This document shows, piece after piece, positions 1 through 14,039 of a DNA stretch of 64,000 nt. The position numbers were made by a program, and so were the translations under genes. This DNA comes from Antechinus flavipes (lineage: Eukaryota), in contig NC_067401.1 in NCBI RefSeq assembly GCF_016432865.1, forward strand, positions 152,272,001-152,336,000, given 5' to 3'. Positions within the stretch are counted from its first letter, which is position 1. Each line of letters starts with the position of its first letter. A model generated the notes under the pieces. The model saw nothing but the letters and a program-made list of their open reading frames with translations, was not told the origin of the DNA and did no database searches.

Positions 1-70
1 TATGTGGATTTATTTTGTATCCTGCAACTTTGCTAAAGTTGTAGATTGTTTCTAATAGTTTTTTGGTTGG
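1..70 (-). mobile_element. L1 ORF2 fragment running off the window edge
   Basis: tatgtggatttattttgtatcctgcaactttgctaaagttg resembles antisense marsupial L1 ORF2. Confidence 0.55.
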
Positions 71-504
71 CAATTATTGCAATATTAAAAAAAAATCAAC
101 AAAACTTAATTCCCTTTGTTTGGCTTGGTGATATCATATTTTGTGAAATAGATAACTAGAATTAGCTTTCACTATTTTGGGTCCATAGAGAATGCTCTTA
201 ATTGGCCCTCCCTATGATTTTGGTCTCTTAGATTCTTCACAAATGAGTTAATTGGCCATGGACAGTTTCTTTTATTAATCCAAAAGGATTTTCTTTGTTT
301 TACCTATGCTCACGAATAAGTCTTTATTGACTTGTTCTATCATTATTTCTTGTACCCACTAAGACTTGATAGATCATAAAAATCTATAAAGAAGTGGAAG
401 GCCTCAGTATGAAAGTTCATTTAATGAACTACTCCAACAATATACTTGTAATTGGATTCATTTAGTATCTCTTAATAATATGACTGACTCTATTCCTTTC
501 ACTT

Positions 505-1200
505 TTTTAAAACTTTATTTTCAATTATCAAGCATTTGGTTTTTTCTCCCTATCACCTTCCCCAAACCAATTGGAAAAAAGAGATAGTGAAAAGGAAAGC
601 AAAATTCTCATAACAACTATGATAGTAAAACAAAACCAATTCCCACATTTCAAAAATATCTGACTTATTCTGCATATCTGACCTATGATCTAACTGTGCT
701 GAGTAGTTAGTACCATTATTGAGCATTTGACCTCTGGAGTTGTGTTTAGTCACTGAGTTGATCTGTATTGTTAAGTCTGTGAAAACTGATTGGTGCTTTT
801 TCTTTCTAAATTCTTTCTAAAAATTAAAAAAAAATATTTTTGTTATATAAATTGTTCTTCTGGTTCTGTTCATTTTACTCTGCATTACTTCATACAAATC
901 ATTTCTGAGTTCTCTGAAACCATCTCTTTTATCATTACCAACTGAAAAGTAATATTCTATTATAAGCATTCAATTTGTTCAGTGATTCCAAAATTGATAG
1001 ACATCCCTTTAGTTTTAGTTCTTTGCCAGCACAAAAGATCTTCTATAGGTATTTTAATATAGGAATCTTTTTCTGTTTCCTTTCATCTCTTTGGTAGTAT
1101 AAACCTCACCGTGGCAATGTTGAGTCAAAGGATATGAACATTTTAGTGACTTCTTGGGCCTGGTTCCAAATTTCTTTCCAGAACCGTTGGGCCAATTCAC
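505..1200 (-). mobile_element. Old marsupial L1 3' end (L1_Mars-like)
   Basis: T-rich start followed by typical antisense L1 3'UTR/ORF2-end blocks (ttcattttactctgcatt, gttcagtgattccaaaattgatagacatccc, ttccaaattttctttccagaa). Confidence 0.5.
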
Positions 1201-2431
1201 AACTCTACTAACAGTGCATCAGTGTTCCTGTTTTCCCACAGCCCCTTCAACATTTGAACTGACCCCATTACCAAAACTTTCAACTTAAATTGAAATATTG
1301 TCTCTTTGGAAACTAAGTCTGTATAATCTGGAGTCTCTGAGAATGGATTTTTTTTTTTTTTTTTTTTGGTGAGGAAAAAAAAAATCTCTTTTGACAACGT
1401 CAAAACATTACTGAATCATGATTCTTCTCTTTCCTCAAAAGCAAAGATCAAGCAGAGAGGAAGTGACCCTCATCTTCTTCCCCCATGCCCCATTCCTCTC
1501 CAAATCAGAATTCTATGACCTGTTGACTGTCTTTTTAGGGTTAATATGGTTTGATGATAGTCTTCATATGAATCAAGGATTTCCTAATATTAAATTTTAT
1601 CTAGAATGGGTTTTTAAGGGAAGGAAATAACATAGGATATGCTTACCTGGAACTCTTCATGGAAAGAACAGATTCTCATCTGTCCCAGATGACTGCATTG
1701 TAACAATAAGTTAAGGAAATATAATTTGTAAATGGCAGTGTGCTAAGTTACTACTTTTGTTTAGGGATCTTGATTTAAAATACATATATGTATCTGACCA
1801 TCAACTGACTATGAATACATTATGGATGAATAGATTAATAGCATAGTTCAAAGAAGCAGTATATAGTAAACCCTTCACATTATGGATTTTTTGTTGTTGT
1901 TGTTTGAAGTATCTTGTGAAAGCCCATCACATATGTCTCCATCCTTCATATTTTATTTCCTTTTCAGTTCTTTAATTGCCTGTTGAATATTTCTACTTGA
2001 AAGTCTTGCCATTACTTTGAATTCAACGCATCTAAAACTAGATTCATCATTTTTTCCCCCTGGTGATTCTCTTCCCCAACATTCCTATTTGAATTAATGA
2101 AATTAATTTTCTGAGTTAGTGGGTTTGCAATCACAATATCATCTTTGATTCATTTCTCTCTTCACCTCCTATATCCATTCAAGTCAATCAATAAATGTAA
2201 GAATGGAATTACAAATATTCAGATAATCCTTGTCCTCAAGGAACTTCAATTCTGTTGTAGATGATAATAAGTAAAAGGGAATGGGAAAGGGGGAGTGGGT
2301 GGAGTATTCAGGTAGTTGAATAGTGTGATAATGGCCAAGAAGTATTGTGGAGGCCATTTTTTTCTTATTAAAAAAAATTATTGTTAAAAAAATAATTTAA
2401 CAATGATATAGTGCTTTTTTATGGGGGAGGG

Positions 2432-2661
2432 GGCACTGTGCTAAATGCTTTACAATTATTATCTCATTTGATTTTCTTATCTTACCAATCCTTGGAGGTA
2501 GGGGATGTCATTATCTCCATTTTACAGATGAGGAAACTGAGGGCAACAAAGGTTAAATAACTTTCTAAGGGTCATTCAACTAGTAAGTGTTTGAGGCTAG
2601 ATTTGAATTCAGATTTTCCTGACTCCAAGCTCATCTCTCTTTTCACTGTGCCATCTAGCTG
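2432..2661 (-). mobile_element. MIR/CORE-SINE
   Basis: CORE motif in antisense: cattttacagatgaggaaactgagg...tttgaattcaga...ctgactccaag. Confidence 0.75.
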
Positions 2662-3289
2662 AGAACTAGTAGTAGTTCTCCTATCTTTGAATTTTTTCTT
2701 CTCCCCCACATTCCAAAGTCTTTCCATACTACAGATAAACCAAAGTACTCAGGTATTGGTCATACCTGGAAACTTTTGTTCCTTTCTATATTTCTAGTCT
2801 ATTATCTCTTTGTTAAGAAGTGAGAAGTAAGCTATATTGTATGTCCTCTGGAGTTATAAAACTATAGCATAGTTTTAAAGCTAGAATGAACCCTAAAGGT
2901 CATTAAGACCAACTCCTCCATTTTCTTATGATCAAACTGAAAATCAGGTTGGTTAAATGACTTGCCTAGAGTCACATAGTAAATATTTGAGGATGATTTG
3001 AACTTAGAGCTTTTAATTTTAACACTCTAATCAATATCATTCCTACTGAGCATTGCATTGATCAAAATTTCTAAAGCTTTCAAAGTTGTTTGCATTTAGT
3101 GCTGTAGTCATAAAATAGAAATTATTCTCCTTTTCTACTCACTTCATCTATTAATACTACTTAAAAAAAATCCATTTCTTTTGTTACCTTTTATGGTACT
3201 ATAATATTCCATTTCATACATACTTATAAATATATCCAAACATAATCATTCTCTAATTGATGGACAACTAAGTGATTTGAGGAATTAAG

Positions 3290-3480
3290 TGGTGGGTTTG
3301 GAGTTAGGAGAACCTAAGTTTGAATCTGGCTTCAGACAGCTGGGTGAGTCATTTAACCCTGTTTGACTCAGTTTCCTCATCTGTAAAATGAAGTAGAGAA
3401 GGAAATGATAAACTATTTTGGAATCTTTGCAAAGAAAATTCCTTAAAAAGGGATCATAAAGATTCAGGCATGACTGAAAT
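3290..3480 (+). mobile_element. MAR1-type CORE-SINE
   Basis: tRNA-like head (ggagttaggagaacctaagtttgaatc), CORE (ctcagtttcctcatctgtaaaatg) and RTE-like tail (gagaaggaaatg...catgactgaa). Confidence 0.7.
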
Positions 3481-4916
3481 TACAAAATAGCAACAACAAT
3501 TGAACATTCCCCTAGCTTGCAGATCTTTGCTCTTAAGGGGGAAAGTAGCCTCTATCTTACGTTCATCAGCTTTGTTCCATGTCACCAAATGCTGGTTATA
3601 AGAAAGACTATCACAAATAGTGAATAGCAAGTGAATTCACCTATTCAAGTAAAACTGCAGAGAAACTGGAGAAGTTCTAGATTACATTAACTCTAAGAAT
3701 ATAGAAGACAGAATGAACTCCTTATTTAGGAATTGATATATCATCTTGAAACATATGATAGTCTGTTATGTAGGTATACAGCATTGCACTTGGCATTCTC
3801 TGCCAATTAGGAGCCTCAGCTGACTCCATATATACAGCAGTATGCAAGATATTTCAGTTTTAGTTCCAAGACTAGTTAATTTGCAGGGACACCATCATTC
3901 AGAGGACACTGTATTTTGGAGATGAGAGACATGGATTTAATTCCTCTATCTATACCATAGATAAAGGACCCCAGGGATAAATCAGTTCACTTCTGGGAGC
4001 TTCAGTTCCCCGCCTCCCCCCCCCTTTTTTTTTTCTTCAAGAATGTGATATTACTTACTTTGCTTTAGGGATCTAAGGAAAATGACGGCAAGGAATGCTA
4101 AAAGAAAATTGAGTCTCATACCTTTGGTAACTATTATTGAAATAGGTTGAGATGAGTAGGCTTGCAAAATGGTTCAGAATAGATGGCGTCTTTTTTCTCC
4201 ACCTTATTTTGAGGAAAGGGTACAGCAGCAGAAGAAAGATAGTGAAGTTGGGAGAGTTCATCTCTGGTAAATGGCAGAATGGTATGTAGAAATGCAGGCA
4301 GAAATTTAGATTTATGTGCTCAGTTTCTCCCTTTCTTCCAGTTGGACAAAACTGGAAGATAAACCTCATGGTCCTCCCTATCTCCTTATCTAATAATTAC
4401 CTTCATTATTTCTACTGCCAAATTAACAAAGAGAGCTGAGGTATTGGGGGCAGGGATTAGGAGTACCATTTCCCTACAACAGATCTAATTTAGGATCATA
4501 GATTTAGCAACCCCAGAGTACAACTCTGGTGATTTTATAGATGAGGAAACGGAGGCACAGAGCAGTTAAGTGATTTGCTTAAAATCACATGTCTAAGAAG
4601 GATTGTGTGAAGTAGGACTTGAACCCAAATTTATCTGACTCCAAACCTAGTTCCTTATCCAGTAAACCACATTGCCTCTCCTAAGAATATTCATTATCAT
4701 TAATAAAAATCAGAGATTGGGAAGTGTGGGCCAAAAGTTTTAAGTATGGATTATATAGTATGTTTTTAGGGAAAAGACTTTCTCAAACAACTGGAAAACC
4801 TTAGGTTTGGTTAATATAAACATTTCTCTTTTGGAGATAGGCTAAGGACTCCATAACTACTAAGAGATTTGGGGTCAAAATTACTGTGGAACACATATGA
4901 CTCTCATCTATCAGAT

Positions 4917-5826
4917 CAATGGTTTCCAATAGTTGTTGTGTAGTTTTATCAACAAAAATGTCTTGAACAGGTACTTAATATATTGATAATTACTTAAAAA
5001 TATTGGAACCTATTTGTGTATTAGTAGATTATGTGCTACTAATAGCACAGAAATAGAAATCAAAAAATGAGATAAAAATGAAATCATCAACAGTGTTTTG
5101 ATCAAACTAAAATACTCAGAGCTACCTGATGATGAAAGATGGATAATAGAAACTGATATAAAGTCCCAAGTAGGCTGACTTTATTGCACATGCAGGGATA
5201 TTTAGTAAACAAAATGTTTTAATATTAGTGAGAACAGTGTGATTGGATTTGTACCATTATTTTTGAAAATCTCGGTTTGATACCTTTTGATGTGATAATT
5301 TGAAGGTCTGGTTCTCAGTTCAGCTTGTTTGGATATTTGGTTTTAATGGTGACCATAGCTGAAAAAGATGCAAAGATATACAGATCCATATGGAAGAAGT
5401 TCACCATTCTTTGCACTGACTAAATTGTGATACGTACTTTTCAATCCTGTATATCAATTATGCAAAGCTTTAAATGCAAATTGACCTTATAAATTTTTAT
5501 CTTCCCTAATATCAATCAGTAATTCCCCAAAATGAATTGGAAGATATTGCATTTTTTATTTTTAACAAGGGATTTAAAACTTATATAAACCTTTCTTTGA
5601 GGAAATTTTTAAATAAATAAGAAAATTATCTTTCTAAAATTTTTAAATTTGAAGATACAGGTGGCACTATTTTTGGCAACAAAAAGTTATTAAATGTCTT
5701 GCTGATCATGATTGCTTCTTTCCTATGATTAGCTAATATCATAAGGCACAACATTCTTTTAAGACAAAGTTCATTGTCAATGATAATAGATGTAAATTCA
5801 TAATTCAAACAATCTTCATGGTAATT
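4917..5826 (-). mobile_element. hAT-Charlie (Charlie1-like) DNA transposon, decayed transposase C-terminus
   Basis: Minus-strand frames with stops/frameshifts give LIDIREDKNL, YHNLVSAKNGELLPYGSVYLC and FSAMVTIKTKYPNKLN*EPDLQIITSKGIKPRFSKIMVQIQSHCSH* (stop at 5225-5227), matching the Charlie/ZBED5-type dimerisation region; TIR-like caatggtttccaa near 4917. Confidence 0.8.
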
Positions 5827-5844
5827 TTGAATTTTTTTGATTCT

Positions 5845-6070
5845 TCAGTTGTTTAAGTCATATTCCACTCTTTATCATCACATTTGGGGTTTTCTTGGCA
5901 AGGATACTGGAATGGTTTGCCATTTCCTTCTCATTTTATAGATGAGAAAACTGGGGTCAATAGGGTTAAGTGACTTGTTGTCCAGAGTTACACAATTACT
6001 AAATGTCTGAGATCATTTTTGAATTCAGATTATACTGACTCCAAGCCTGGCACCATTCACTGCATCACTT
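5845..6070 (-). mobile_element. MAR1-type CORE-SINE
   Basis: ttcagttgtttaagtcat...catttggggttttcttggcaaggatactggaatggtttgccatttcc...agatgagaaaactgggg. Confidence 0.8.
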
Positions 6071-6589
6071 TAGTGACTTCTTAGTGACTTCAAATATTAT
6101 TAGAATCTTATTGCTTTTACATTGTTATGTGGTTGACAAAGAACTTTTATTAGAAGCAGTATCAGATATGTTAGTTGCTTACAGTACTAGTATTATCTTT
6201 AATCTGTGGTTTCTTTGCAGGAATCATTTTTTAGCTACTTGTCCATTTTGTGTGAGAGAGAGGTAGTTAGGTGTCACAGCAGATAGAGTGTTGGTCCTGG
6301 AGAACAGTTCAAATCTGGCTGCAGACATTTAGTAGCTAATGACTCTGGGCAAGACAGCTAATCTCTGTCTAACTTGGGTTCCTCTTAAGTAAAATGGGGA
6401 TAATAATAATAATACCTAATTCTTAGGGTTGTTGGGAGGATCAAATGCACTTAGTACCAGACTTAGTACATAGTAGGTACTTAATAAATACTTATTCCCT
6501 TTTCCTTTCTTTTCCTGTTTATCACCTTAAAACTATATCCTATGACTTGTAAATTCACCTGATGGGAGTTCATATTTTTCAGGGATATT

Positions 6590-6822
6590 CTAGAGCCAAT
6601 TCCTGCCAGCTCTGAGTGTTCAATTACAATATGAACATTTATTGACATTTCAGAAATTATCAAACACTATAAATCAAGGTTTGATTTATTGTTTTGTCAA
6701 TTGTCTTTACTGAAGAAAGTGATGGAGAAAATGTTAATGATGTAATTTAAATTTAAAAGTTTGTTGTGCATACATTCCTCCCTCCTTATTCCCTGGAGAG
6801 CTGGTTGTTAAACATTTACCAT
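6590..6822. mobile_element. hAT-Tip100 (Arthur1-like) MITE end
   Basis: ends in gagagctggttgttaaacatttacc; the complementary-type end (gtatactggtaaatatttaatgactggctttcc) occurs separately at about 7695-7735. Confidence 0.4.
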
Positions 6823-7344
6823 ATATTGCATCTTGCATATATTGCAAAATGTTGCATTTTGCTGAAAGTGATTGAACAAGTGAGGGCACTATTATCTGCC
6901 ATTCTGGATTTTACAACTACAGTGATTCCCCTAGGATATCTCTTGGGCTTTTTATTATAAGACTGTCTGAAATGCTGACCAAATAAGAGAACCTGTTTCA
7001 TTTCTAGTTAGCCTTATGGCTGCTACCCTAGTTTGGGGATGACTAGATCACAAGGTTAACCATCTGGAAGATCTTGTATTCAGAAATCTGATTAAAGCTT
7101 TGCCTTAGCTCAGTTAAGCTGTCAAAGAGAAGGGAAGAGAAGGGAACCATCATTTATAGAAGCTCCTAATATGGTCTAGGTACTGTGCTTAAGCACTTAT
7201 AGATGTTATCTCCTATGATCGTCACAGTAATCTTGTGAGGTAGATGTGATATTATTTCCATTTTATAGATGAAGAAACTGAAGCAGACAGCAGTTAAGGG
7301 ACAATAGTTTGCATAGTAGCTGTCTTCTTGATAGGTAACAGAAT

Positions 7345-7680
7345 GTCGGGGTTGTAAAGAATCTTAGACATTATCTCGCCCAACCTGACTTGGAACCAGA
7401 TTTTCCTCTGCAACATACCTATCTTTGTTTGAAGAACTTTAGTGACAAGGAGTCCATCATTTCTTGAGATGACCTGATTTATTTTTGGATAGCCATGATT
7501 GCTAGGAAGATTTTCCTATATTCAGCTGAAATCTACCCCTCCACATCTGCCTATTGTGAAGTTTTTAACATGGAAGTCCTTCAAATACTTCCATACAGCT
7601 GCCAATCATGTAATTTTTCTTATCTCTGTGTTCAACAATTCTAATTGTTTTAATTCATCCTCATAGGTCATGATCTTGAG
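7345..7680 (-). mobile_element. L3/CR1 3' portion
   Basis: antisense L3-type blocks: gaagattttcctatattcagctgaaatct, acatggaagtccttcaaatactt, ttcatcctcataggtcatg. Confidence 0.6.
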
Positions 7681-8814
7681 GTCACCCTCCACTGGGAGTA
7701 TACTGGTAAATATTTAATGACTGGCTTTCCAGGAAAAAAAAAAATCTACTAATACAATAACTCCATCAAAATAGGAAAAGAAGTTAGCCTATCATGACCT
7801 GTTTTTTATTTATTTTATTTTTAAATTTTTAAATATTTTGATTTTTCCCAATTATATTCAAAACAATGTTTTTACATTTATTTCCAGAACTTTGAGTTCC
7901 CAAATTCTCCTCCTTGTCCTCTATCCCATCTCCCCGTTAAGAAAGTACATAGGAAGTTGTGCAAAATAATTCTGTAAAAGTCATGTGGAAAAAAAACCCA
8001 ACAACAAACCACATAGATTTCTCCTTACCAGAAAGAAATTCTCAAGAAAAATCAAGTGAAAAAATAAAGGAGAGAGAGAGGGTATGCTTCTATATATATG
8101 CACACATCAGTTTTTTTTCTGGATATGGATAAGATTTTTCATCATAATCATCATCATTTCTATGACCTGGAATTTCACTTTGCTTAAGTTCATGAAGGAC
8201 TTTCCAGATTTTTTTTTTCTGAGAGCATCCTGCTTATCATTTTCCACACAACAATAATATTCCAACATAGCCACATATCCCAATCTATTCAGCCATTCCC
8301 CATTGATGAGCATTCTCTCAGTTTCCATTTTTTTTGCCCTGAGAAGAGAGCTGCTATAAATATATTTGTACATATAGGTCCTTTTACTTTTTTTTTTAAA
8401 ACTTCTTTTGGTGTTTAGTAGTGTTGTTAAGCCAAACGATTTTATAGCCCTTTGGACATAGTTGATATCTTTTGACAAATTATCAATTGGATCATGGCTC
8501 TTATTTTTTTAAATAGATGTAACTCAGTTCCCTCTAAGTTTGAAAAACATTTTCTTTTTCATGGTATTTTTCATTTAAAAATTAAAAAAAATACCCTGTT
8601 CTTTGTTTTTAATTGAATAATAGCTTTTTATTTTCAAAATATATGCAAAGATAGTTTTCAACATCCACCCTTGCAAAACCTTGTGTTCCCAATTTTTCTC
8701 CCTCTCTTTTCCCACTCCCTCCTCTAGACAGTAAGTAATCCAATATAATTTAAAACATATACAGTTCTTCTATACATATTTCCACATTTTGTGCTGCACA
8801 CAAAAAAAAGGCTG

Positions 8815-9500
8815 AGGGCTAATATATTGATCTTAGTAGTCTATATATTGACATATAGATCTTAGAAGTTCTGGAATACTGTGGTCCACCAGGCTAGCCA
8901 AGGAAGTCCAGGTCATACAGAGCAAGCCAAAATTCATTAGTCCTATGTATAACTACTAATGATATCATGACCTATGAGTAGGTCATATTCATAGAGAGAT
9001 TCACTCTCAAAACAGAGTCCCCCACTATCCTCCCAATTAGAAATTTTATCAGAAATTTAACTAAAACTCATCGGCCTAGAATCTGCTGATGTCTTTCTTC
9101 TCCCTTTTCTGAAAACCAGGACAACATTTATCCTTCTCTATTTTTGTAGCACTTTTCCCATTCTCCACATTTTAAAAAAAGATCACTAACAATAGTTTAA
9201 CGGTCATCTATGCCAGCCCTTTCAGTACCCTGTAATGTAGTTCAACAGGATTTGATGAATTGAATTCATCTAAGGCAGGTAGATACTCTCCTTTTATCTC
9301 CCTGCTTCTCTTAACTTTTCATTCTCTTTGACAGAAACAACAGCAACAAAAAAAGAAAAATCACTCTACTTTTTGGCCATTTGCTGTCATTGTGACCCAT
9401 TGTGCACAATGGTCCCATTTCCTAACATAATCAGATCTAGAGTAAATGTTTTCATTCTTTTTGTTGTCTGTGGCATTCTGTAGCAGTCTCAGTTCATTCT
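8815..9500 (-). mobile_element. L3/CR1 ORF2 (region entering RT)
   Basis: Minus translation about 9300-9060: EYLPALDEFNSSNPVELHYRVLKGLA*...RRINVVLVFRKGRRKTSADSRPMSF, matching CR1 HLAALDEFKSPGPDELHPRVLKELAD...RANVVPIFKKGKR.DPGNYRPVSL. Confidence 0.85.
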
Positions 9501-9559
9501 GAGCTTTAATGTTAGAAATGATTCTTATGGAACACATTGGTATTCTTCCTCCATTACTT

Positions 9560-11599
9560 GATCTTGCTTTTATCAGATTCTATATGTCTTTTGAAAATTT
9601 CTGTGCATTTTATTTTACATAATTCTGTTCTCCAAAATACTCAATCCTTCCATATCTCATGCAAAATACATTTTCCCTCAAAACAATATGACAAAACTAC
9701 TTAATAGAATGCTTTTGATTGTAAGTACATTTCACTTTCCACTTTTTGTGGTTTTCCAATTGTAAACAGAAAGGCAGGATGTGGACTTTTCTGGCCTTTC
9801 ATTTGAATAATTTAGTGTCAGCATTGTCCTTTATCTTTGTCCTGTGTTTTTTGTTATACTCTCTTCATTTACATTGTAGTAATCATTTATGTATATTGTG
9901 ATTTTGGCTCTTCTGTGTTATCATCCAAATCATTACTTTTTTGCGGGGTTGTGGGGGAATTCTTCATATTCATTGTTTCTTATGGGGAAAATTATACCAC
10001 TGTATTCATAAATTGTGGTATAATTGGATGTTATTGATGCGTCTCCTGAAAATTTTCTGATCAGTGAGTTCCTTGAATGTCCGTGTCATTATCTTTAGAC
10101 AAAGTCCCCCTTTCCTCCATGGAATTGTTTCTCTCTGTTTTTAGAATTTCAATTTTGAGTGCTTCTCTCTTGAGCTGACTTCCTTTCCATATGCATTTCA
10201 GGCCATGAGATCCTACCTATCTTTTCAAACTTTTGAAATTTATTATCCCCGAATCTCAAGTAGTTGCCATCTTACTTTATATCAGTCTGCCCTATATCAC
10301 AAAGTATAAGTTGGAATTGTTGCATTTCCGTACTCCCTACCAAGTTCCCATAATTTCCTTTGGATTTTCAGGGTTTCTACTTTGGTGTCTAATAGAGAAT
10401 TTTTGATTTGTTGACTTTGTAGCATTTTTTGTTACATGCTCAATTCATTGATCTGCTCTTTCTCTTTTTTATTGATGCAGATATTTAGAGATATAAATTT
10501 TTCCCTAAGTACTGTTGTGACTGCATCCCACAAACTTTATTATGTTACCATTATGTTATCTCATTATTATCATATTTAATGAAATTTTTGATTGTACATA
10601 AGATATATTCTTTGACCCACGTAAGATTTGTTCTTTAAGCCACTCATTCTTTTGAGTTAGATTATTTAGTTTCCAGTTAAGTTTTGGTGTATGTTTCTAA
10701 AGCCTTTTAAATAATATATTTTTCTTTACATTATGGTCTGAAAAGAGTGCATTTAAAATTTCTGTGTTTCTGCATATGTTCATGAGGTTTTTATGGCCTG
10801 TTATATCATCAGTTTTTGTGAAGGTGCCATGTACAATTGAGAAAAAAGGCATACTCTTTTATATTCCCTTTAAATTTTCTTCAGATCTATCATACCTAAC
10901 TTTTCTAAAATTCTCTATCTCCTTAACTTCTTTCTTTATTCTAGAGTTATTTTTATCCAGTTCCAAGAGGGGAAAGTTAAAGTTTCACCACTAATATAGT
11001 TTTACTATCTCCTCTAAAAACTCATTTAACTTTCTCTTTAAGAAGTGGATGTCGTGCATATATGTTGCATACATATTTGATGCATACATGTTTAGCTCTG
11101 ATATTATTCCATTATCTATGATACCTTCAAGCAAAATGTAGTTTCTCTGATTATATCTTTTAATGAGGTCTAATTCTGCCATTGCTTTGTCTGAGATCAT
11201 GATTACTAGCACTTGTAACTCAGCTGAAACATAATAGATTCCATTCCAGTGTCCCCCCACCCCCCCCATAACTTTATGTATTTCTTTCTGTTTCAACCAT
11301 GTATTTTGTAAACAACATTTTGTTGGATTCTATTTTCTAATCTATTCTGTTATCCACTTCTATTTTATGGATGACTTCATCTCATTCACATTCAAAGTTT
11401 TGATTGCTGTGCATTTCCTTCTATCCTAATTTCTTCTGTTTCTCCTTTTCTCTTTTTACCCCAACCCTTCTCAAAAGTCTGCTTTGTTTCTGGTCATGGT
11501 CTGCCTTGATCCATTCTCCCTTTTATTACACTTAATCCTTTTCTTTTACTCCCTTCCCCTTCTACTTTACTGTTGGGTAAGATAGATTTCTAGCCTCAG

Positions 11600-11658
<59 letters not shown>

Positions 11659-13680
11659 TCTTCCCTCTTTGAACTGGTTCTGTTGAGAGTGAGGTTTAAG
11701 TGTTCCTTGCCTCCCTTATTTTCTTTGTCACTGTAAAAACTCTTCTTTGCTTCTTTTATATGAGATAATTTTCCCCTTTCTTCTTTTCTCTCCCCTCCTC
11801 TTACAGGACATCCCACTTTCTCACCCCTTCATTTTATTTGAGATCATTTCAACTTAATTGACTTACCTATGCTCTCTGTCTATGTAGACTCCTTCTAACT
11901 GCCCTAATAATGATTCAGTTCTTAGAATGTATAAGAATGTAAACAGTTTAACCTTATTAAATCTCCTATAACTTTTCTTTTACATTTAATGTTTCTCTTT
12001 CTTTTATGCTTCTCTTGAGTCTTGTGTTTGAATGTCAGAATTTCTATTTAGCCCTGGACTTTTCATTGGGAATATTTGAAAGTCCCCTATTTCATTAAAT
12101 GGCCATTTTTCCCTCTGTAGAATTATACTCAATTTTGCTAAGTAGGTGATTCTTGCTTGCAATCCTCATTCCTTTGCCATCTGGAACATCATATTCTAAG
12201 TCTTCTGTTCATTTAAGGATAAATCTGTGTGATTCTTACTGTGGCTCTCTGATATGTGAATGGTTTCTTTCCAACTGCTTGCAATATTTTCTCCTTGACC
12301 TACGGGCTTTGGAATTTGACTATAATACGCCTAAGAATTTTCATTTTGGGATTTCTTGCAGGAAATAATTGGTGTGTTCTTTAATTTTCTGTTTTACCCT
12401 CTGTTTTTAAGATATCATGGCAATTTTCCTCTATAATTTCTCAAAATATAATGTTAAAGCCCATTTTTTAATTATAGCTTTTAGGTAGTTTAATAATATT
12501 TAAGTGATCTCTCGTTGATGTTTTTTCTAGGTCAGTTTTTTTTTTTCCTATGAGATGTTTAACATTTTCTTCTATTTTTTCATTCTTTTGACCATATTTT
12601 GTTATTTCTTGTTGTCTCCTGGAGTCATTAACTTCCACTTGCCCAATTCTAATTTTTAAGGCATTGTTTTCTTCAGTGAGCTTTTGTACTTATTTTTCTA
12701 TTTGACCATTTCTACTTTTAAGTGAGTTATTTTTTCCAGTGAATTTTTGTGCCTTTTTTTTTTTTTAACCATTTGGCCAATTCTAGTTTTTAAGATGTTA
12801 TTTTCTTCACTATTTTTTGTGCCTCTTTTACCAAGTTGTTAATTCTTTTTTTTGTAATTTTCTTGTAGCACCCTCATTTCTTTTTCTATTTTTCCTCTAC
12901 CGCTTTTATCTCTTTACTTTTCTAGAAATTCTTGTTGCACTTGTGTCTAGTTTCTAATTTTTTTCTTTGAAGCTTTGTTTGAGCCTGTTTTCATATTGTT
13001 GTCTTATTTGTTCATTTTTCCAACCTCTTTCTTGATTTTGGACTTTATGTTAAAGTTAGGCTCTGATTATCTGGGTGTGGGGAAGCATTATCTTAAGCTT
13101 CAAGCTTTTTTGTGCTGCTGTTTTCAGAGGTAGTTTTGGGGCTCTGCAAGTTTTTGGTGCATCTAGATACCAGGGCTAGGTATGGTCAATACTCTCCCAG
13201 TCTGTGTTCTAGTTTCTCTGCAGACACAAACACAAATATTCCTCTCTGTCCTGAAACTGTGATCCAGAAGAACTATGTATGTACAATAGAGTTGCCAAAT
13301 AATGACCAGTCCTGTACCTAGTGCTGGCTCAGGATTCTTGGTAATCTCTTTTTGACCAGTTGTCTGACCACCTTACTATCTTTGGGCTGAGAATTCCCAA
13401 AGCTACTATAACCGTTGTTACAATCACATCTGAGACCCTCTCTGGGTACTACCACCATGTGACCTTTGCCCCCTATACTGATGTTAGAGACCTTTCTTGC
13501 CAAGTTCCATAGATGTCTTGGGTTGTGAAATGTCTCACCCTAACCTTTTGTTGACTCTTCTGCTCCAGAATTCAATTTGTCATTATTTGGAGGAGATTGT
13601 TGGGGAAGTTGCTGGATTGTAGTATATTCTTTGAAATTTTCTTCCTATCATTTCCACTCTGGCTACCATGTCTTCCTTGT
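9560..13680 (-). mobile_element. Old L1 (5' region, ORF1, ORF2 endonuclease, deleted 3' parts), inserted into L3
   Basis: ORF 10991-11296 (GIYYVSAE...ISDKAMAELDLIKR...NYILLEGIIDN...LNMYA) is a decayed L1 APE endonuclease N-terminus; ORF1 C-terminal-type sequence at about 11950-12550. Confidence 0.8.
11604..11656. repeat. (TG)n microsatellite
   Basis: pure TG run. Confidence 0.98.
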
Positions 13681-14039
13681 TGGGAAATATCAGCTTTCTG
13701 ATGGTAATTTCTCTGTTTGTTTTCCCCTATTTGGTAAGGATGAAATAGTTATTAAAAAATCAAGAATGTATTCACTGTGCTGTTTTCAGAGAAAAAGAAA
13801 CAGAAACAGAAACAAAGAGAGAAAAATACAGAGAGAGAGAGAAAAACACTAAATATTGTGTCTACATGCTAGCCAGCCTTGTGATGTGTTTCCCATTTTC
13901 AAACATGACCTATAAGATGATTTATTTTGCTTGGCTATATTTATTTGTTACAAGGAGCTTTGGAGGAAATGAAGGGCAAGAGATAGCTATGTATAAAAAA
14001 AAAAAAGAGCATCCATGAAATATTTTAAAAGAAAGAAAA

